DNA of 53,594 nucleotides from a virus (IMGVR_UViG_3300044617_000068:1-53594), one strand, 5' to 3'; shown: positions 20,675 to 33,700, counted from the stretch's first letter. Notes: generated by a model from the letters alone, not told the origin. A program made the numbers and translations.

Positions 20675-23600
20675 TTATGCGAAACTTGCACCAACCGTAT
20701 ACCACTGAGTAGAACTTACAGCATAATACTGTAGACTTCCACCAGCACCAAGTGTATATGCCGCATTAGTTGCTAATGAATTTATCGTTGCGCCACTTGC
20801 TGGATATACATTTAAGTTTGTTCCGCTTGTATTATTAACGATCAATACCATACCTGCTATAGCAGTAGGCAATCTCACGCCTTGTCCTGCACTTACTGTG
20901 CCTACAACACTTATATCTTTTGTTAAACCTGTAGCGTCACCTTGTACAGTACCGGCTGCGCTTATTCCTGTCTGTACACTGCGTAGATAGTTACCACCTA
21001 CACTTAGTGAACCAGTTGTCTTATTGAATGTCAAGTTAGCATCAGCGCCGAATGATGATGCATCATTGAACTGAACTTGTGTATTGCTACCTGCCGCTAC
21101 GCCTGCGCTACCTGTAGCACCGGTTAGACCTGTAGCACCAGTTAGACCAGTAGCACCTGTAGGTCCTGTTAGACCTGTTGCTCCTAATCCAGTGGCTCCA
21201 GTTGGACCAACTACACCTGTCGCACCAGTTGGTCCGGGTACTGTACTAGCCGGGCCAGTCGCACCAGTTGGGCCTGCTACGCCAGTAGCACCAGTTGGTC
21301 CACCTGAAGGGCCTACTGGGCCTGTAGCACCTATGCTACCACCTGATGATACTGCCGCGTAACCTGATTGCGCACTAGTGAAGGTTAATACTAATAAGTT
21401 AGCATTAGTGAATGTTATTGTCGGGTAATCATAACGACCTACAAAACTATTGCCGGTAGCATCGATTGGTTCAACGTTAACATATTGATTGTTTAAGTTA
21501 TGTGCAACTGTCCAAGTTGATGAGGGTGAACTTTGTGTATGTACATAAGTTGAGCCAGAAGGGCCAGTAGCACCTGTTGCTCCATCAGCACCAGTAGCAC
21601 CGGTGCTACCATCAACACCTATAGTGCCCGGAGTTCCGGTCGCACCCGTTGGTCCTGTTAAACCAGTCGCGCCTGTCGGACCACCTGAAGGGCCTGTTGC
21701 TCCTGCAGGACCAGTAGCACCAGTAGAACCTACTGCACCACCTGCTGACACGGCAGCATATCCTGTTACAGCACTACTGAATGTTAGTGTTACAGTATTA
21801 GCGTCATTGAAGAAAACTGCAGGATAGTCATATCTGCCTACATAACTGTAACCGTTTGCCGCTATAGGCTCAACGTTAACATAAAGACTATTCAAATTAT
21901 GAGCGATAGTCCATGTAGTGCTTGCCGCACCTTGAGTGTATATAAATGAACCACCCGGTGGCCCGGCTGCACCAGTAGCACCAGTAGAACCTACTGCACC
22001 ACCTGCTGAAACAGCGGCATAGCCAGTAACCGCAGTGCTAAATGTCAATGTTACTGTGTTAGCATCATTGAAGAATACTGTTGGATAATCATATCTACCA
22101 ACATAACTATAACCATTCGCGGCTACAGGTTCAATATTGACATAAAGACTATTCAAGTTGTGATTAATAGTCCAAGTAGTGTTTGCACTACCCTGAGTGT
22201 ATATGAATGAACCACCGGGTGGTCCTGCCATACCAGTTGCGCCTGTTGACCCTTGCGGTCCGCCTGCTGATATTGCGGCATAACCTGCTGTTGCAGTTGT
22301 AAATGTTAATGTTAAAGAATTTGCGTCAACGAATGTGATTGCTGGATAATCATATCTACCAACAAAACTATTACCTGCTGTGTCTATTGGTTCGACATTA
22401 ACATATTGATTATTAAGATTGTGAGTGACATTCCAAGTAGTGCTTGGTGAACTCTGAGTATGTAAGTATATTGAACCTAGACCTGGTAAGCCTTGCGGAC
22501 CTGTAGCACCAGTCGCACCTTGACCGTCTATACCTGCTGTGCTAGTATCATACCATAATACATCAGTGATCGGCGGTGCTGTAGGTCCTTCAACGATGCC
22601 TGATAGACCAGTGGCACCTGTTGCGCCCATGACATTCTGTAATTCTACTACTGATATAACTGGACCTGCGCTCTCACCGAATACCCATCCTGCACCATTG
22701 TTGTCAACTAATTTTACTGAATATGTATGTGTGCCGGCTGCAGGTTCATCAATGACTTCTAATGCATAAGGCACATTTTCTTGTGTGTTGCTTGATTCGC
22801 ATTGAACATTAGCACCTACTGCTGTGCTATCTCTAAAAAGATTTAATATAGCATATGCACCAGTTGATAAAGGATTTGCGTCGCCAGTGGCTATGATCTG
22901 TACTGGTCCACCTGTAGTTGTTATTGATACGCTTACGATTGTGAATGGCTTAGGTTGACCACTGTAAACAACGATGTTACCTAATGTTTGTTCATAGTTA
23001 ACTGAGGCTAATGTCGGCGCAACACCTGTCGCACCAGTTAGACCGGTTGCACCAGTTAGACCGGTTGCACCAGTTGAGCCTGATCCCGTCGCACCTTGTA
23101 GACCTGTTGCACCTTGGGGACCTGTCGCACCAGTAGGACCCGTAGCACCTGTCGTGCCACCGCCACCGCCACCACCTGGACCCCAATATAATGCGCCGTT
23201 ACCGTAAGTTGTTAATACATTACCAGATGATCCACCTGTGATTACTAGATTAGATACGACACCTAAATTTGCACCCTGGTTAACATTCAAAGTATTAGCA
23301 GTAACTATGTTACCTTCAACTTCACCTGCAGGAACAAATATATCTTCTGCTGTGATACTAGCGTCAACTATCATTGAAGTTTCAGTCACAGTAACTACAT
23401 TAGGATTACTGTTGATTGATATCGTTACATTGCCTGCAGGTTGAATGACTACATTTGAATCGCCGTTGTTGATAGAACTTACATTGGCTTGTATGTTTGA
23501 AAGTCCGCCGGCGTCGCCTTCGAAATAAACACCTTTAACTGTTCCTTGAACATCAAGTACATTATTTGCGGCATCAAATATAAAATTTGCAGATGCGGCA

Positions 23601-24475
23601 AAATTATTACTACCATCATTATATTGAACATAACCAGTAGATCCTGCTGCTTCTTGCAGGTCCCAAGGTTGACCGTTAGCATATAATAAATTATCTGTTC
23701 GCAAGTTGCCTACATTGGCAGTATTGTTAACTGTTAGATTGCTTGAAACATCTACAGTTGTTAAAAATGCAGTGCCGGTTGCACTTAAATCATATGTATA
23801 AATCGCGCCAGTAACATTAACATTGTTTGCATTGACATTACTTGTCAAGTTAGCGTTAGTAGCCTGAATGTTATTTGTTATCGTAGCATTGTTCGCTGAA
23901 AGATTTGCACCTACTGATACATTAGTAGTGAAGTTACCGTTATTAGCAAATAAATTTCTAGTGATATTGACATTGCCCGTAACATTGACATTGCCATCTA
24001 TGTTAGCAAGATTACCTAATATGATGTTACCAGTTATAGTACCATTAGCAGTGATGTCACCCAAGCCCATGCTTGTGTTCGGGACCGCACCTATCATTAC
24101 ATTTGGTGCACCATTGGGGTTACCTACTACTAAACTGTTTGAGATATATGAATTATCTCTAAGATCGATATACAATGTCTGTATAGCGTTGTTTACTGTT
24201 GTAGCATATCCTAGACTATTAGGAGCCAATCCTACTTCTAAACTAGTTGTTTGAACATTGAGTCTTGAAAAATCTGCTGAGATTAATACATTTCCGGTAG
24301 AACTATTAACGCTGATACCAGGTTGCTTGGTTCTATTGATAGATAATACGCCGCTGGAAGTCGTTAATCTATAAAGATCAGTAAAATTTTCTTGGGTTTT
24401 CTGAAACGCTGATCTGATCGGATCTGCATCTGGATCATCAGGAAAGCTACCAAAATCTATAATTTGTTGTGCCAT
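20675..24475 (-). CDS. Collagen-like tail fibre with gp9/gp10-type N-terminal attachment motif
   Basis: [30 protein letters not shown]; Asn-rich beta-helix-like region; G-X-T tracts; four HNL/RYDYP modules. Confidence 0.8.
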   Translation of the reverse strand: MAQQIIDFGSFPDDPDADPIRSAFQKTQENFTDLYRLTTSSGVLSINRTKQPGISVNSSTGNVLISADFSRLNVQTTSLEVGLAPNSLGYATTVNNAIQTLYIDLRDNSYISNSLVVGNPNGAPNVMIGAVPNTSMGLGDITANGTITGNIILGNLANIDGNVNVTGNVNITRNLFANNGNFTTNVSVGANLSANNATITNNIQATNANLTSNVNANNVNVTGAIYTYDLSATGTAFLTTVDVSSNLTVNNTANVGNLRTDNLLYANGQPWDLQEAAGSTGYVQYNDGSNNFAASANFIFDAANNVLDVQGTVKGVYFEGDAGGLSNIQANVSSINNGDSNVVIQPAGNVTISINSNPNVVTVTETSMIVDASITAEDIFVPAGEVEGNIVTANTLNVNQGANLGVVSNLVITGGSSGNVLTTYGNGALYWGPGGGGGGGTTGATGPTGATGPQGATGLQGATGSGSTGATGLTGATGLTGATGVAPTLASVNYEQTLGNIVVYSGQPKPFTIVSVSITTTGGPVQIIATGDANPLSTGAYAILNLFRDSTAVGANVQCESSNTQENVPYALEVIDEPAAGTHTYSVKLVDNNGAGWVFGESAGPVISVVELQNVMGATGATGLSGIVEGPTAPPITDVLWYDTSTAGIDGQGATGATGPQGLPGLGSIYLHTQSSPSTTWNVTHNLNNQYVNVEPIDTAGNSFVGRYDYPAITFVDANSLTLTFTTATAGYAAISAGGPQGSTGATGMAGPPGGSFIYTQGSANTTWTINHNLNSLYVNIEPVAANGYSYVGRYDYPTVFFNDANTVTLTFSTAVTGYAAVSAGGAVGSTGATGAAGPPGGSFIYTQGAASTTWTIAHNLNSLYVNVEPIAANGYSYVGRYDYPAVFFNDANTVTLTFSSAVTGYAAVSAGGAVGSTGATGPAGATGPSGGPTGATGLTGPTGATGTPGTIGVDGSTGATGADGATGATGPSGSTYVHTQSSPSSTWTVAHNLNNQYVNVEPIDATGNSFVGRYDYPTITFTNANLLVLTFTSAQSGYAAVSSGGSIGATGPVGPSGGPTGATGVAGPTGATGPASTVPGPTGATGVVGPTGATGLGATGLTGPTGATGLTGATGLTGATGSAGVAAGSNTQVQFNDASSFGADANLTFNKTTGSLSVGGNYLRSVQTGISAAGTVQGDATGLTKDISVVGTVSAGQGVRLPTAIAGMVLIVNNTSGTNLNVYPASGATINSLATNAAYTLGAGGSLQYYAVSSTQWYTVGASFA

Positions 24476-24528
24476 GAACTAACTCGCCTTTATAATGTAT
24501 TTATCGTTTTGGGACAAAGGCTATAACC

Positions 24529-24561
24529 AAAAAAATACCCGGCGATTAAACCGGGTATTTT
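24529..24561 (-). terminator. Intrinsic terminator
   Basis: AAAATACCCGG-cgattaaa-CCGGGTATTTT with an A-run on the left. Confidence 0.82.
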
Positions 24562-24582
24562 ATAAAGCATCGAAATGCTTTA

Positions 24583-26865
24583 TTATTTTCTCAATCCTGC
24601 TAGTTTTACCCAATCACTTACTGATTCGTTAATTTCCTTTTTAGGAGTACCCATTCTATCAGTTTGTCCAGCAATAACAGGAATAGTTGTCTGACCAGTT
24701 GACTTAGGCTTGTTGAGTCCACCTGAGATGACCTTAGTCATAAACTCAATGTCGCGCTCAAATGTAGTCTGTGTGCCGTCTTTACCGGCATCATTTGCCC
24801 ACTCGTCAACCTTTTCTTTCTTGTCTTTCTTGTCATCGTATTCGATGTCTTTCTTTACTTCTTTGCCGGCTTTTTCTGCTTTGTCATCATCCTTACCTTT
24901 ATGACCTTCATCATATTCGATATCCTTAGCGACTTTCTTAGCAGCCTTTTCTGCCTTGTCATCTTTCTCGGCAGTTGATTCTTCAGATAACAATGCTAAT
25001 TTTTTGTATAGATTCAAGAAACTTGATTCTTTCATGGCTGCTTCTTGCTCTTCGTCTGCGTCTGCTGCGGCTACTGCGCCGTTTGCTAATGGATTGCTTT
25101 CCATACCATCTTCGTTAGTTGCACCACCTTTTGATGCTCCGCTAGCCGCTAATGCTGAATCAATTTGTGCTCCAGCCTCTTGACTCTGCTCGTAACCTTC
25201 ACCGTCATCTTCGCTCACTGAATCTGCTTCTAATTGATCTGGAGTTTGTACTTCATCTACCATTTCTTTATTTTCGTCACAGCCGCACTTTGCTTCTGCC
25301 ATGCCGCACTCATTGCAAACCTGTTCGTCTGCATGATCGTGGCTGTGTTTTTCATCCCTGTGATCATCTCCAGATACTTTCTTGATTAGATCCATCATAC
25401 CTGCTTTATCATCATAACCACCGAACTTAGGAGCACCGTAATCACTTATTTGTGCAACTAATTTTGGCTCTTCAACAGATGCTTCTGCATTACCCAATCC
25501 ACCTAAGCCTACTTGCTTGATGAATGCTAACAACTTACCAGCATCATCACCTTGTGCTGTGACGCTTACTGTGTCTTCCATTGCGCCACCTGGGCCATCT
25601 AAACCTTGGCTCATGTTAACGCTTAGACCTTCATTCAATAGATCATTCAACTGCTTGTCTAATGATTCGAATGCAAATGCATCCATCTCTAATACTTCTT
25701 TATCTTTGAATGTCTGACCAAATGCATTGAAACTATCACCTGGAGTTGTCTTGGCTTTGTGTTGCATGTAAGCAGTCTTATCCATCTCGCCTAACGCACC
25801 TTCGTCAGCGCCGTAAGAAGCCATATCATCAACGATGTCTGCTTCTGACTCTACTTCGCTAACTACTAGTCCGCGATTTGGCATCAAACCATAGCACTCA
25901 TCAAGACCTTCTTTGAAACCGTCGTGATAACGCTTGTGTTCTTCTGAACCTTCGTTATAGCGGCAAGCATAATTTGACTTGCTCAATCCGTGTGATTTGC
26001 CTTCGTGATAGGCTGCTTCTAATGTGTTCATAGCTTCATTTACCTGTTTAGATTCTAATACATCTGGATTACGACCTCTGCCTAATCCAGCGCCTTTTGC
26101 TGACATATTATCAATTGTTGGTTGATCGACTTCTTTTAATGCCGCACCTTCGCCTTTTTTCCAGCCGCCTTTGGCGCGCAATGCGAAATTGATTTGTCTT
26201 TGTTTCTTTGCTTCTGGGCTATCCTCACCATGAGGACCACTCTTCTTTAATTTAGCAAGCATTGACTTTAATTCTTCAACGCTCTTATCTTTATATTGAC
26301 CAGTTGGTTTTACTTCAGCATCACCTGCCCACTTCTCGTCAAGCATTGCTGATTCTGGATTATCTTCGGCTGCTTCATTCTTGCCATGCTTCTTGTTATA
26401 CATGCTCCAAGCGATAGCATATGCTCTGCCTTCTTCACCTGGGAATTTTTTCTTCAATGATAAAACAACATCTTCCATTCCTGGAGGTGCCTTTTCCATC
26501 ATTGGCTCTTCTTCTTTTAATTGATCACCGGCTAATGACATCTCGCCTTTACCGATAGCACTCTTAATAGTGGCGGCTAATGCAGGATTTGACACAGTAC
26601 CTAAAGTCTTTGTGCCTTGCTTGATGACTTGTGTTGATTGCTTTGCAGGCTCCATAGTGATCTGCTCTGCTTCTGATAATAATTTTTCAGTTTCAACTTT
26701 CTCAAACCAATCTTTTAAAGATTTCTTTTTATCTTTAGCGGCTAATGCGGCTTTCTTGGCGCGTTCTGCGGCTGCTTCTTTATCGTGTGGCTTATCAGAT
26801 GGCTTAACGTCTTTATCGTAAGCATCTTCTTCGTTAACCATCTCTAAGAATTTTCTAAAATCCAT
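24583..26865 (-). CDS. Large acidic prohead core/internal-protein-like protein
   Basis: Start moved to MDFRKFLE (AAGGAG SD). Highly charged, many (L/V/I/M)-x-E sites, ends WVKLAGLRK. Confidence 0.6.
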   Translation of the reverse strand: MDFRKFLEMVNEEDAYDKDVKPSDKPHDKEAAAERAKKAALAAKDKKKSLKDWFEKVETEKLLSEAEQITMEPAKQSTQVIKQGTKTLGTVSNPALAATIKSAIGKGEMSLAGDQLKEEEPMMEKAPPGMEDVVLSLKKKFPGEEGRAYAIAWSMYNKKHGKNEAAEDNPESAMLDEKWAGDAEVKPTGQYKDKSVEELKSMLAKLKKSGPHGEDSPEAKKQRQINFALRAKGGWKKGEGAALKEVDQPTIDNMSAKGAGLGRGRNPDVLESKQVNEAMNTLEAAYHEGKSHGLSKSNYACRYNEGSEEHKRYHDGFKEGLDECYGLMPNRGLVVSEVESEADIVDDMASYGADEGALGEMDKTAYMQHKAKTTPGDSFNAFGQTFKDKEVLEMDAFAFESLDKQLNDLLNEGLSVNMSQGLDGPGGAMEDTVSVTAQGDDAGKLLAFIKQVGLGGLGNAEASVEEPKLVAQISDYGAPKFGGYDDKAGMMDLIKKVSGDDHRDEKHSHDHADEQVCNECGMAEAKCGCDENKEMVDEVQTPDQLEADSVSEDDGEGYEQSQEAGAQIDSALAASGASKGGATNEDGMESNPLANGAVAAADADEEQEAAMKESSFLNLYKKLALLSEESTAEKDDKAEKAAKKVAKDIEYDEGHKGKDDDKAEKAGKEVKKDIEYDDKKDKKEKVDEWANDAGKDGTQTTFERDIEFMTKVISGGLNKPKSTGQTTIPVIAGQTDRMGTPKKEINESVSDWVKLAGLRK

Positions 26866-26875
26866 TTTAATCTCC

Positions 26876-27487
26876 TTACGCCAATGCGCCAGTCTTAGGC
26901 TTTGCTGGACGCTTGATGTCACTCATTGGGCTCTTATCACCCATTGACTTGTCATCTAGGTATGGCTTGAACGGATCAAATGCGTCCGGTGTTTCTTTAG
27001 CGGCATATGGCATCATGATCTTGCTATCTTTTGCTTGATCCTTGATGCTAGATAGATATGAATCAGCATAATCTTTATTTGCCTGCTCTGCACCGCTTAT
27101 CTTATCGAAATCTTTATTGTTTGGTTCCATCTGGTTAGCATATTCTTCTTGCTCACGATTGATGCTATCGTCATACTTGCTATCAACCAAACGAACATAA
27201 TTTAAATTATAGCCTAATAATTGTGCCAACTGTTGTACCATTGGCTCAGTGCATGGATAACGGAACTTGCACTTTAATAGTGTCACTGGTTCGTTATGTA
27301 CGCCGGGAAAACCATAGACATCTTTCGCTATAGGAAGTGTCTTAGGTGTGATAGGGGCGGCTGGTTCAAACTTCTTTAAATTGAAGATAAACATGTCAAT
27401 GAAGTTCTTGTCTATTTCCCCTGCGATCTTGATAGTAACATCGTACAAATGTACGCTTTCTGCTATGTATTGTTTTAGGCTTTTCAT
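26876..27487 (-). CDS. Hypothetical head-associated protein
   Basis: Start moved to MKSLKQYIAES; TAAATA box at 27508-27513. Confidence 0.6.
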   Translation of the reverse strand: MKSLKQYIAESVHLYDVTIKIAGEIDKNFIDMFIFNLKKFEPAAPITPKTLPIAKDVYGFPGVHNEPVTLLKCKFRYPCTEPMVQQLAQLLGYNLNYVRLVDSKYDDSINREQEEYANQMEPNNKDFDKISGAEQANKDYADSYLSSIKDQAKDSKIMMPYAAKETPDAFDPFKPYLDDKSMGDKSPMSDIKRPAKPKTGALA

Positions 27488-27513
27488 ATCTATGTTCCCG
27501 TATCTAATATTTA

Positions 27514-27990
27514 TCATTTATCTGTGTTTTTATCTAGAAGTGCCTTGAGTATCTCATTACGGTCTAACGCTTTACCCTGTCCCAAAGGTGTTGCTTCTAT
27601 CTTTTCTTCTTTGCTGGCCTGCTTTTGATCAAGTGATGCTTTCTTTAGTTGCAACTCAATCATCTTTAATTTCTTACTGACTTTAGCAGTTTTAGCAGTA
27701 ATAGCATGTCCTAGCATAGTGCCGGCTACCCCGAATATCTCGCTACTGAAGCGGCTATCAACTTGCATACCTAAATCCATCAAGTCTTTATAACTGTTCT
27801 GAGCTAGGTTTGCTAATTCATCCATCTCTACATCAGCAGATTCCAGACCCCTTACTTGGGGTAGTGCATTCTCAATCTTTTCTAGATTGTTTAGAGCAGT
27901 CTCGGTAACTTCTTGCGTGTCAGGAGGAAGTTCAAGTTCAGGCTCTTCTGCGCTGGCTAAATTAAATAGTTCTTCTAATTTCTTAGTCAT
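27514..27990 (-). CDS. Helical protein, possibly terminase small subunit (gp16-like)
   Basis: 158 aa; the pattern LMDLG...EIFGVAGTML...MIELQLKK...RNEILK loosely recalls T4-like gp16. Function tentative. Confidence 0.4.
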   Translation of the reverse strand: MTKKLEELFNLASAEEPELELPPDTQEVTETALNNLEKIENALPQVRGLESADVEMDELANLAQNSYKDLMDLGMQVDSRFSSEIFGVAGTMLGHAITAKTAKVSKKLKMIELQLKKASLDQKQASKEEKIEATPLGQGKALDRNEILKALLDKNTDK

Positions 27991-27997
27991 CGACTAT

Positions 27998-28435
27998 TTA
28001 TTTGCGTTTACCCTTGTAAAACAAATCATCTTCAGTGATGACTCTAAAGGTACAGCCTATCCTCTTGCAGTAGGCCATAGCCGCCGCCCATTTAGCGTGA
28101 TTTAATGCTACTGTAGCCCTGTCTTTTGCGCTTGCTACTTTGCTCTCTATCAGACTTTGCTTTTTAGGTTTGATCTCTACGACTTCAGCCTTTTGATTGC
28201 CCATTTTATCTTGATAGACTACAAAAAAGTCTGGGATATAAACTGTCTGCTTACCTGTGAGTGGGTTTCGATATGGTATCTGTATCGCTTCGCTGGCCCA
28301 TTGTATCACGCCATCATGATTATCGCAGAACATCATGAATGTTAATTCCCAGCCACTGCGATATTTAGGTACAGATTTACCTACATACTTTTGTTTATTT
28401 TTTACCTGATAACGACCTTGTGCAAAGTTTGCCAT
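27998..28435 (-). CDS. gp4: Head completion nuclease (T4 gp4-like, TnsA-type)
   Basis: YRSGWE..FM..CD, WASE...IPY, YIPDF, EIKP..Q, N.AKW.AA, FRVITE. Confidence 0.88.
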   Translation of the reverse strand: MANFAQGRYQVKNKQKYVGKSVPKYRSGWELTFMMFCDNHDGVIQWASEAIQIPYRNPLTGKQTVYIPDFFVVYQDKMGNQKAEVVEIKPKKQSLIESKVASAKDRATVALNHAKWAAAMAYCKRIGCTFRVITEDDLFYKGKRK

Positions 28436-28436
28436 A

Positions 28437-28799
28437 TCATAGAACTACATTTCTTGCTACAGGAAATACTGGTCTTGGAACAACGGCTACACCGTATAAA
28501 CTTACTTTGCTTTTAAAACTATTCATGTAGTAAGCCATAGTCTGACTTAGTTCTACATTGTTATTTGTGCCTTTGATGTTTTGAAGTAATTCTAACGCAT
28601 CGATGCCTGAATCTTGTGCTACTCTGAAAAGAAATGCTGTGAAGTTGGCTGCTGTTTTTGCGTCTGCACAAACACTAACAAAATAACTATGCACTACATC
28701 ATATTGATTGGTAGGCACTGTCATATTGATATTATAAAAATTATCAAATATCTTTACTGTTCTATCCAGTGATTCTTGTTGTGTATAAACTAATGGCAT
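28437..28799 (-). CDS. Hypothetical protein
   Basis: 120-aa ORF in the tail operon. Confidence 0.65.
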   Translation of the reverse strand: MPLVYTQQESLDRTVKIFDNFYNINMTVPTNQYDVVHSYFVSVCADAKTAANFTAFLFRVAQDSGIDALELLQNIKGTNNNVELSQTMAYYMNSFKSKVSLYGVAVVPRPVFPVARNVVL

Positions 28800-28800
28800 A

Positions 28801-29988
28801 TTACTTTCTTACCTGTGTTCCTGCAGTCGGTGTGGCTTCTACTGGGTTTGGTGTTGGTGGATTTGCTATTGTAGGCGCACTTGCTGTACCTATGAAGTAA
28901 GGTGTTACTGAACGATCTGGAATATCAAACAAAATATTTCTGTTAGTACTAACCGGGCTTCCAAATCCTCTATTAGATGGGCCTAACATTTGTTTTAATT
29001 CTTGTTTAAAATTTGCTTTTACCCTATTTTTTTCAAAATTCTTAGCAATACCGCCTGCCGCAATTGCAGCCTCAGCAAATTTGCCATCTGCTAATAAACC
29101 TTTAATATAATTTCCTTGATCTAAAAGACCACCCGGTCCCAAAGTGTTATAATTTGAACCAGGTTTCTGAATAGGACTAATAGTATTATCATAAGTCGCC
29201 TGATCACCAAATTGTGTAACAATATCGCCTGGTGCTCTTCCGTCAATAGCACCTTCATTATAAACTACAGTCTCATAATCGATAGACATAGTGTTTCTCA
29301 TCACACCGCTACCTTCTTCATAGTTATATGTGTCGTGACCGAAACTTGTGATGATAGGATTAATCAAGGTATATGCTGTGAAATTGTTTTGATTGAAACC
29401 GAACACAGTTATATTTTTAAAGAAGGGTACCTTCTTTCCATTTCTTGTATTGCTTGTCTCACCTATATAACCCCAATTGTCATTGCCTTGAATGCTATCG
29501 TTATAAATGTTATTGACATCATAATCAGCATTCGTAGTACCTGGAGTAGCACTTGTTCCTGCAGGCTGGGGCGGAGATCCTCGCTTGCCTAAAAATACAG
29601 TAGGTTTAGTTGCGTCTGCGTAATAATAAGTGTAATAAGCATACCACAATTTATTAATCGTGTTGCCATTATCATCATGAAGAGTGATGCTTACAGGATC
29701 ATAACGCAACTTAGTTTGTATGATTCTTTTACGATTATATTGATTTAGTTGTACAGTATTAAAACCAAAACTAGGTAACTTAACATCTTTTACTAGTATA
29801 CTATAGTTGGTATTAACTCCTGCAGGGTATGCTTCAGGATTGATATTGAAATAGGTGTGAAATAAAAATTTATATTTAGGAGCATTCTGATAAGAATTGC
29901 TCCTAAATGTTTTTGCCGCGTGGGTGTAATCTCTGAGATAATCGTTGCCGAAAAATCCCGACAAAACATCTTGAAAGAAACCTGACAT
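28801..29988 (-). CDS. Tail-tube-fold protein (baseplate-tube junction, gp48/gp54-like)
   Basis: VKLPSFGF...NQYNRKR...YDPVSITLHDD...LINPIITSF...MSIDYE; directly follows the tube gene. Confidence 0.6.
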   Translation of the reverse strand: MSGFFQDVLSGFFGNDYLRDYTHAAKTFRSNSYQNAPKYKFLFHTYFNINPEAYPAGVNTNYSILVKDVKLPSFGFNTVQLNQYNRKRIIQTKLRYDPVSITLHDDNGNTINKLWYAYYTYYYADATKPTVFLGKRGSPPQPAGTSATPGTTNADYDVNNIYNDSIQGNDNWGYIGETSNTRNGKKVPFFKNITVFGFNQNNFTAYTLINPIITSFGHDTYNYEEGSGVMRNTMSIDYETVVYNEGAIDGRAPGDIVTQFGDQATYDNTISPIQKPGSNYNTLGPGGLLDQGNYIKGLLADGKFAEAAIAAGGIAKNFEKNRVKANFKQELKQMLGPSNRGFGSPVSTNRNILFDIPDRSVTPYFIGTASAPTIANPPTPNPVEATPTAGTQVRK

Positions 29989-30003
29989 ATCAGGATATCC
30001 TAA

Positions 30004-30654
30004 TTATTGGTTTGTTCCGCCGTTACCAGTAGCAATACCTCTACCATTATCTGCTGCAATTCTGCCGATATCAGCACCGACACCGGAATCAATTGGTGTT
30101 TGTATTGCATTATCGTAAGCAATAGCCAATGCAATAGTTACGGCTTCTGATGTTCCGTAGTTCAATGTATTGTAGTTTGCTGACTTGAGGAAGCAACCAT
30201 ATAGTTCCCATTTTTCTAGTACTTGTGGAACGAATTCACCGTTACCACCATCAAGAATTTCGATGTTAGTCTGGAACTTATAGTCTTGGCCGCTAGCGGC
30301 TGATGCCTGTTGCACAAAATCTAATTGCTTCTGCAATTGCTGACCAACTGCTCTTGCTACTGAACCTGAAGCATCATCACGAACGTTGACGTTGATATCT
30401 GCCCATGTGTGCTTACCTGCAAGTTTAATAGTTGAGTTATAAACTTGTAATGGAATTTCAGCGAAACTTAAGTTTGGACGACCAACGTCTACAACCTGTT
30501 TAGTTAGGCTTAGACCACCTGCCGCGTCAACACCAAAGTTTAAGAAATTAACTCTGAAACGAAATTGTAGTTTAGGCATTAACAAGCCCTGATTGCCACC
30601 GGCATTATCAGATGCTACTGTCATGTTAAACAATGATTGTGAGGCTGTTGCCAT
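30004..30654 (-). CDS. gp19: Tail tube protein (gp19-like)
   Basis: RFRVNF, RPNLSF, KLAGKHTW, WELYGCF, LNY...I.YD; follows the sheath gene. Confidence 0.8.
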   Translation of the reverse strand: MATASQSLFNMTVASDNAGGNQGLLMPKLQFRFRVNFLNFGVDAAGGLSLTKQVVDVGRPNLSFAEIPLQVYNSTIKLAGKHTWADINVNVRDDASGSVARAVGQQLQKQLDFVQQASAASGQDYKFQTNIEILDGGNGEFVPQVLEKWELYGCFLKSANYNTLNYGTSEAVTIALAIAYDNAIQTPIDSGVGADIGRIAADNGRGIATGNGGTNQ

Positions 30655-30689
30655 TTGTAAATTCTCCTACTGTATAGTATTTATCATGT

Positions 30690-30715
30690 TTGAGAGCCCC
30701 TTACGAGGCTCTCAA
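30690..30715. other. Stem-loop between sheath and tube genes
   Basis: TTGAGAGCC-ccttacga-GGCTCTCAA; no U-tract on the sense strand, so possibly a processing or stability hairpin. Confidence 0.55.
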
Positions 30716-30724
30716 TATTTTCTA

Positions 30725-33700
30725 TTACGCTCCTGACAACTCACCTGTGTTCAAGATACGAACTGGAATATAGATGAATTCAGCAGCCTTGACAGGCTCA
30801 ACTGCGACATCGATCCACAATTCGTTGCGATCTATTCTAGCAGGAGTGTTGTTACTCTCATCACAGACTACCAAGTAGTCATAGATGCCTCTCTTAGCAA
30901 CAAGATCGATCATTAATGTTTCGACAACACCAGCGATCTGCTGACGAGTCAATGCATCATTTGGTTCGAACACGAATGGTCTTGCCGCTATAGTCAATTG
31001 ACGACGGATGTAAGCAACAAGTCTTGCGACGTTTGTACGATCCAATGCGCTCTGACTATTGAATGATGTCTTGTTACCATAGTTCAACAAGCCGTTACCA
31101 GTGAAGAACACTAATGGGTTGATGAAGTTGATATAAAGAACATCACGGATACCAATGCGTGTCTTAATGACTTGGAACTCACCAGTATCACGGTTTATGT
31201 AACCGATATTCAATGCGTTGTCGATGATACCACGACGAGTACCTGCTGCCGCTAACCAAGGATAAGCGACTGTATCGTTACGCAAGAATGTACGCAACAT
31301 CATATGTGATGCTGGAACTGCTACTTCATTACCGCTCAAGTCTAATGCGATACCACTTGGATAGAACAAGCCAAGATAAGTGTTGCGAGTTACACAACCA
31401 TCTTCACCTGTGCTTGTTGCACCTGCGGCATTAGTTGCCCATGCTTGAATTGCTGTTGCATCTTCTGGTAGACCCATTGGAGTATCACCTAAGATGTAAC
31501 CTGTCTCGCCACGATCAGCATTCAATACGACCATGTTTGGCTGACATTCTGGATAGTTAGGTGTTGCCATCAAGTTGAAGAAGTTATCTTCATCACGGAT
31601 TGACAAGTTAGTATCGATCACAGAACGTAATGATGCTACGACCATTGCTCTCTGAGCCTTGCGGCCCATGTAAGGAGCACCGTTTGATTGCAATCCGCTT
31701 GCTGATACCCATGTACTACGAATAGTTGGTAGTGTGTCTCCTGGGAAACTCAATGCATTGAAGTAATTGTTTCTCCACTGCTTGACATTGTAACCACTGC
31801 GACGAGTATTGAACAACAACATACCTACTGGATAGTTGTTAGCATTTGGTGCATCTAAGTCTAGATTGTTGCTTGTCAACAAACTCTTGATTGTTGGGAT
31901 AGGATCATTAGCAGGGTTGATTGTGTTCTGATCGCTTGACCAGCGAGCATCAGCAAACAATACGCCTGAACCTGAAACTTGATCTGTCTTATCGATCAAT
32001 ACCCACTCATCTTCACCGTCTACCATCTGCCAGCGACTGATTAGAGGATAATTCTCTAAGTCACTAGTGTCGATCCATATATCACCGTAAACAAGTGCTG
32101 TGCCATCTGACTGAGTAGTTGGCATGCTTGCGCTTACGATTGGACCATTAGGATCAGTTGTGTTTGAACCGCTTGGTAGTGGGAAACCGTTGCTGTTATA
32201 ATTTACATTCTTATAACCTCTCCAGCCGTTTGTAGTGTTTACCATGATATCTACTTCGTCAGTTACGCTGTAGAACCAGTTTGTGTTATTTGCTGGAAGT
32301 TCAGTTGGTGCACCTTCGTTAGCAGTATAATCAAATGCTACCCAGTTACTCAATACGATATCGTAGTTGAATACTGGATATTGACAATCGCTGTCGAGTG
32401 TGACTTTTGTTACGCCACCACTTGAAACGGCTGCAACTACTAGGATAAGATCATTCGCGCCGTTAACGCCACCTAATGATCCACCTGCTATTGTTATAGT
32501 ATCACCTACAGCATAACTTGAACCGGCTGCTGTGATTGCGCTAACTAGATAACCGTAACCTATAGAACTTACAGTAAACTGTGCGCCTGTACCACTACCT
32601 GATGTTGAAGTCGGTGCAACACCTGTGAATAGAGTAGTGTTGATATCACCTGTCTTGCAACCATCAGTCACATTAGCAATGAAACCTGCTTCTGAGAACA
32701 ATCCTTGTGACAAACCTGTTACAGTATTATAATCATTCATCATGATTGCTCCACCCAATGTATGAGTGATCTGTATTGAACCGTCTGTTGCTACGCTTGC
32801 TGTAGTATAAGGAATACCTGCAGCTTGCCATGCCTGCACGAAATCTTCAGCAGTAGTATTATCTGCTAATGTCATTGTATAAGGACCTGACCAAGCAGTG
32901 CTGTTCGGTGTTGTCACATTGACTACACCAGAATATGGACCTGAATCAAAATTAGGTGCTGTGTTTGTGCCAGTCACTACTGTTGGACCAGTCGCTACAC
33001 GCTTCCAGAAATAGACAGGACCATCTTTATATTCACTATAATAATAGTACTGACCGTATACTGTTCCTGCAGGGATAGCCTGACCACCAGTTGGGTCAAG
33101 TGCCGCGATTGCAGTAGCATCGTCTGTGGCTAGTGAAACTACCTTAGTGTTCCAAGCACTTGCAACTGCATCATATTCTTTCATTGATGGAGTGAAGCCG
33201 TTGCCTGAACTGCCCATCTTCAACCATACTGAACCAGTTGGATGAGGTTGTGATTGACCAGCGCCCCAAAGTGGCATCTGGGCTGAAGTACCGTATGATA
33301 CGCGAACACTGTTATATGTACCTGGGGCGATACCGATATCGCTCAATACAGTGCCTGTGCCTGCGCCAAAGACTATTGATTGGTTGAAGTGACCTGTTAC
33401 TGATAGTACCAAACGACCACTTGCTCCGTTAGCAACAACGCCTTGCCATTCTAGATTATTAATCTCCGTTGCAACACCTGCTACTGTGTTTGAACCTAAA
33501 CCAGGAACAGTTATAGTTGCTGATACTATTGATACAGGAGAACTACCTACTAAAGTCAATGTGAATGTATCACCTGCATTCAATGTAGGATTGCTGTTTG
33601 TACCCTGTACAGCAGAAACGCTAGCCTGCCATGCATCTGAACCAATCTCTACCCAAGTATTGTTTGCATTCTTATAGAAATAAGTGCTACCTGCGCTAGG

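Noticed and set aside
27998-28435. TnsA-like nuclease as a Tn7 transposon
   Set aside because: No tnsB/tnsC or transposon ends; motifs and context fit T4 gp4.
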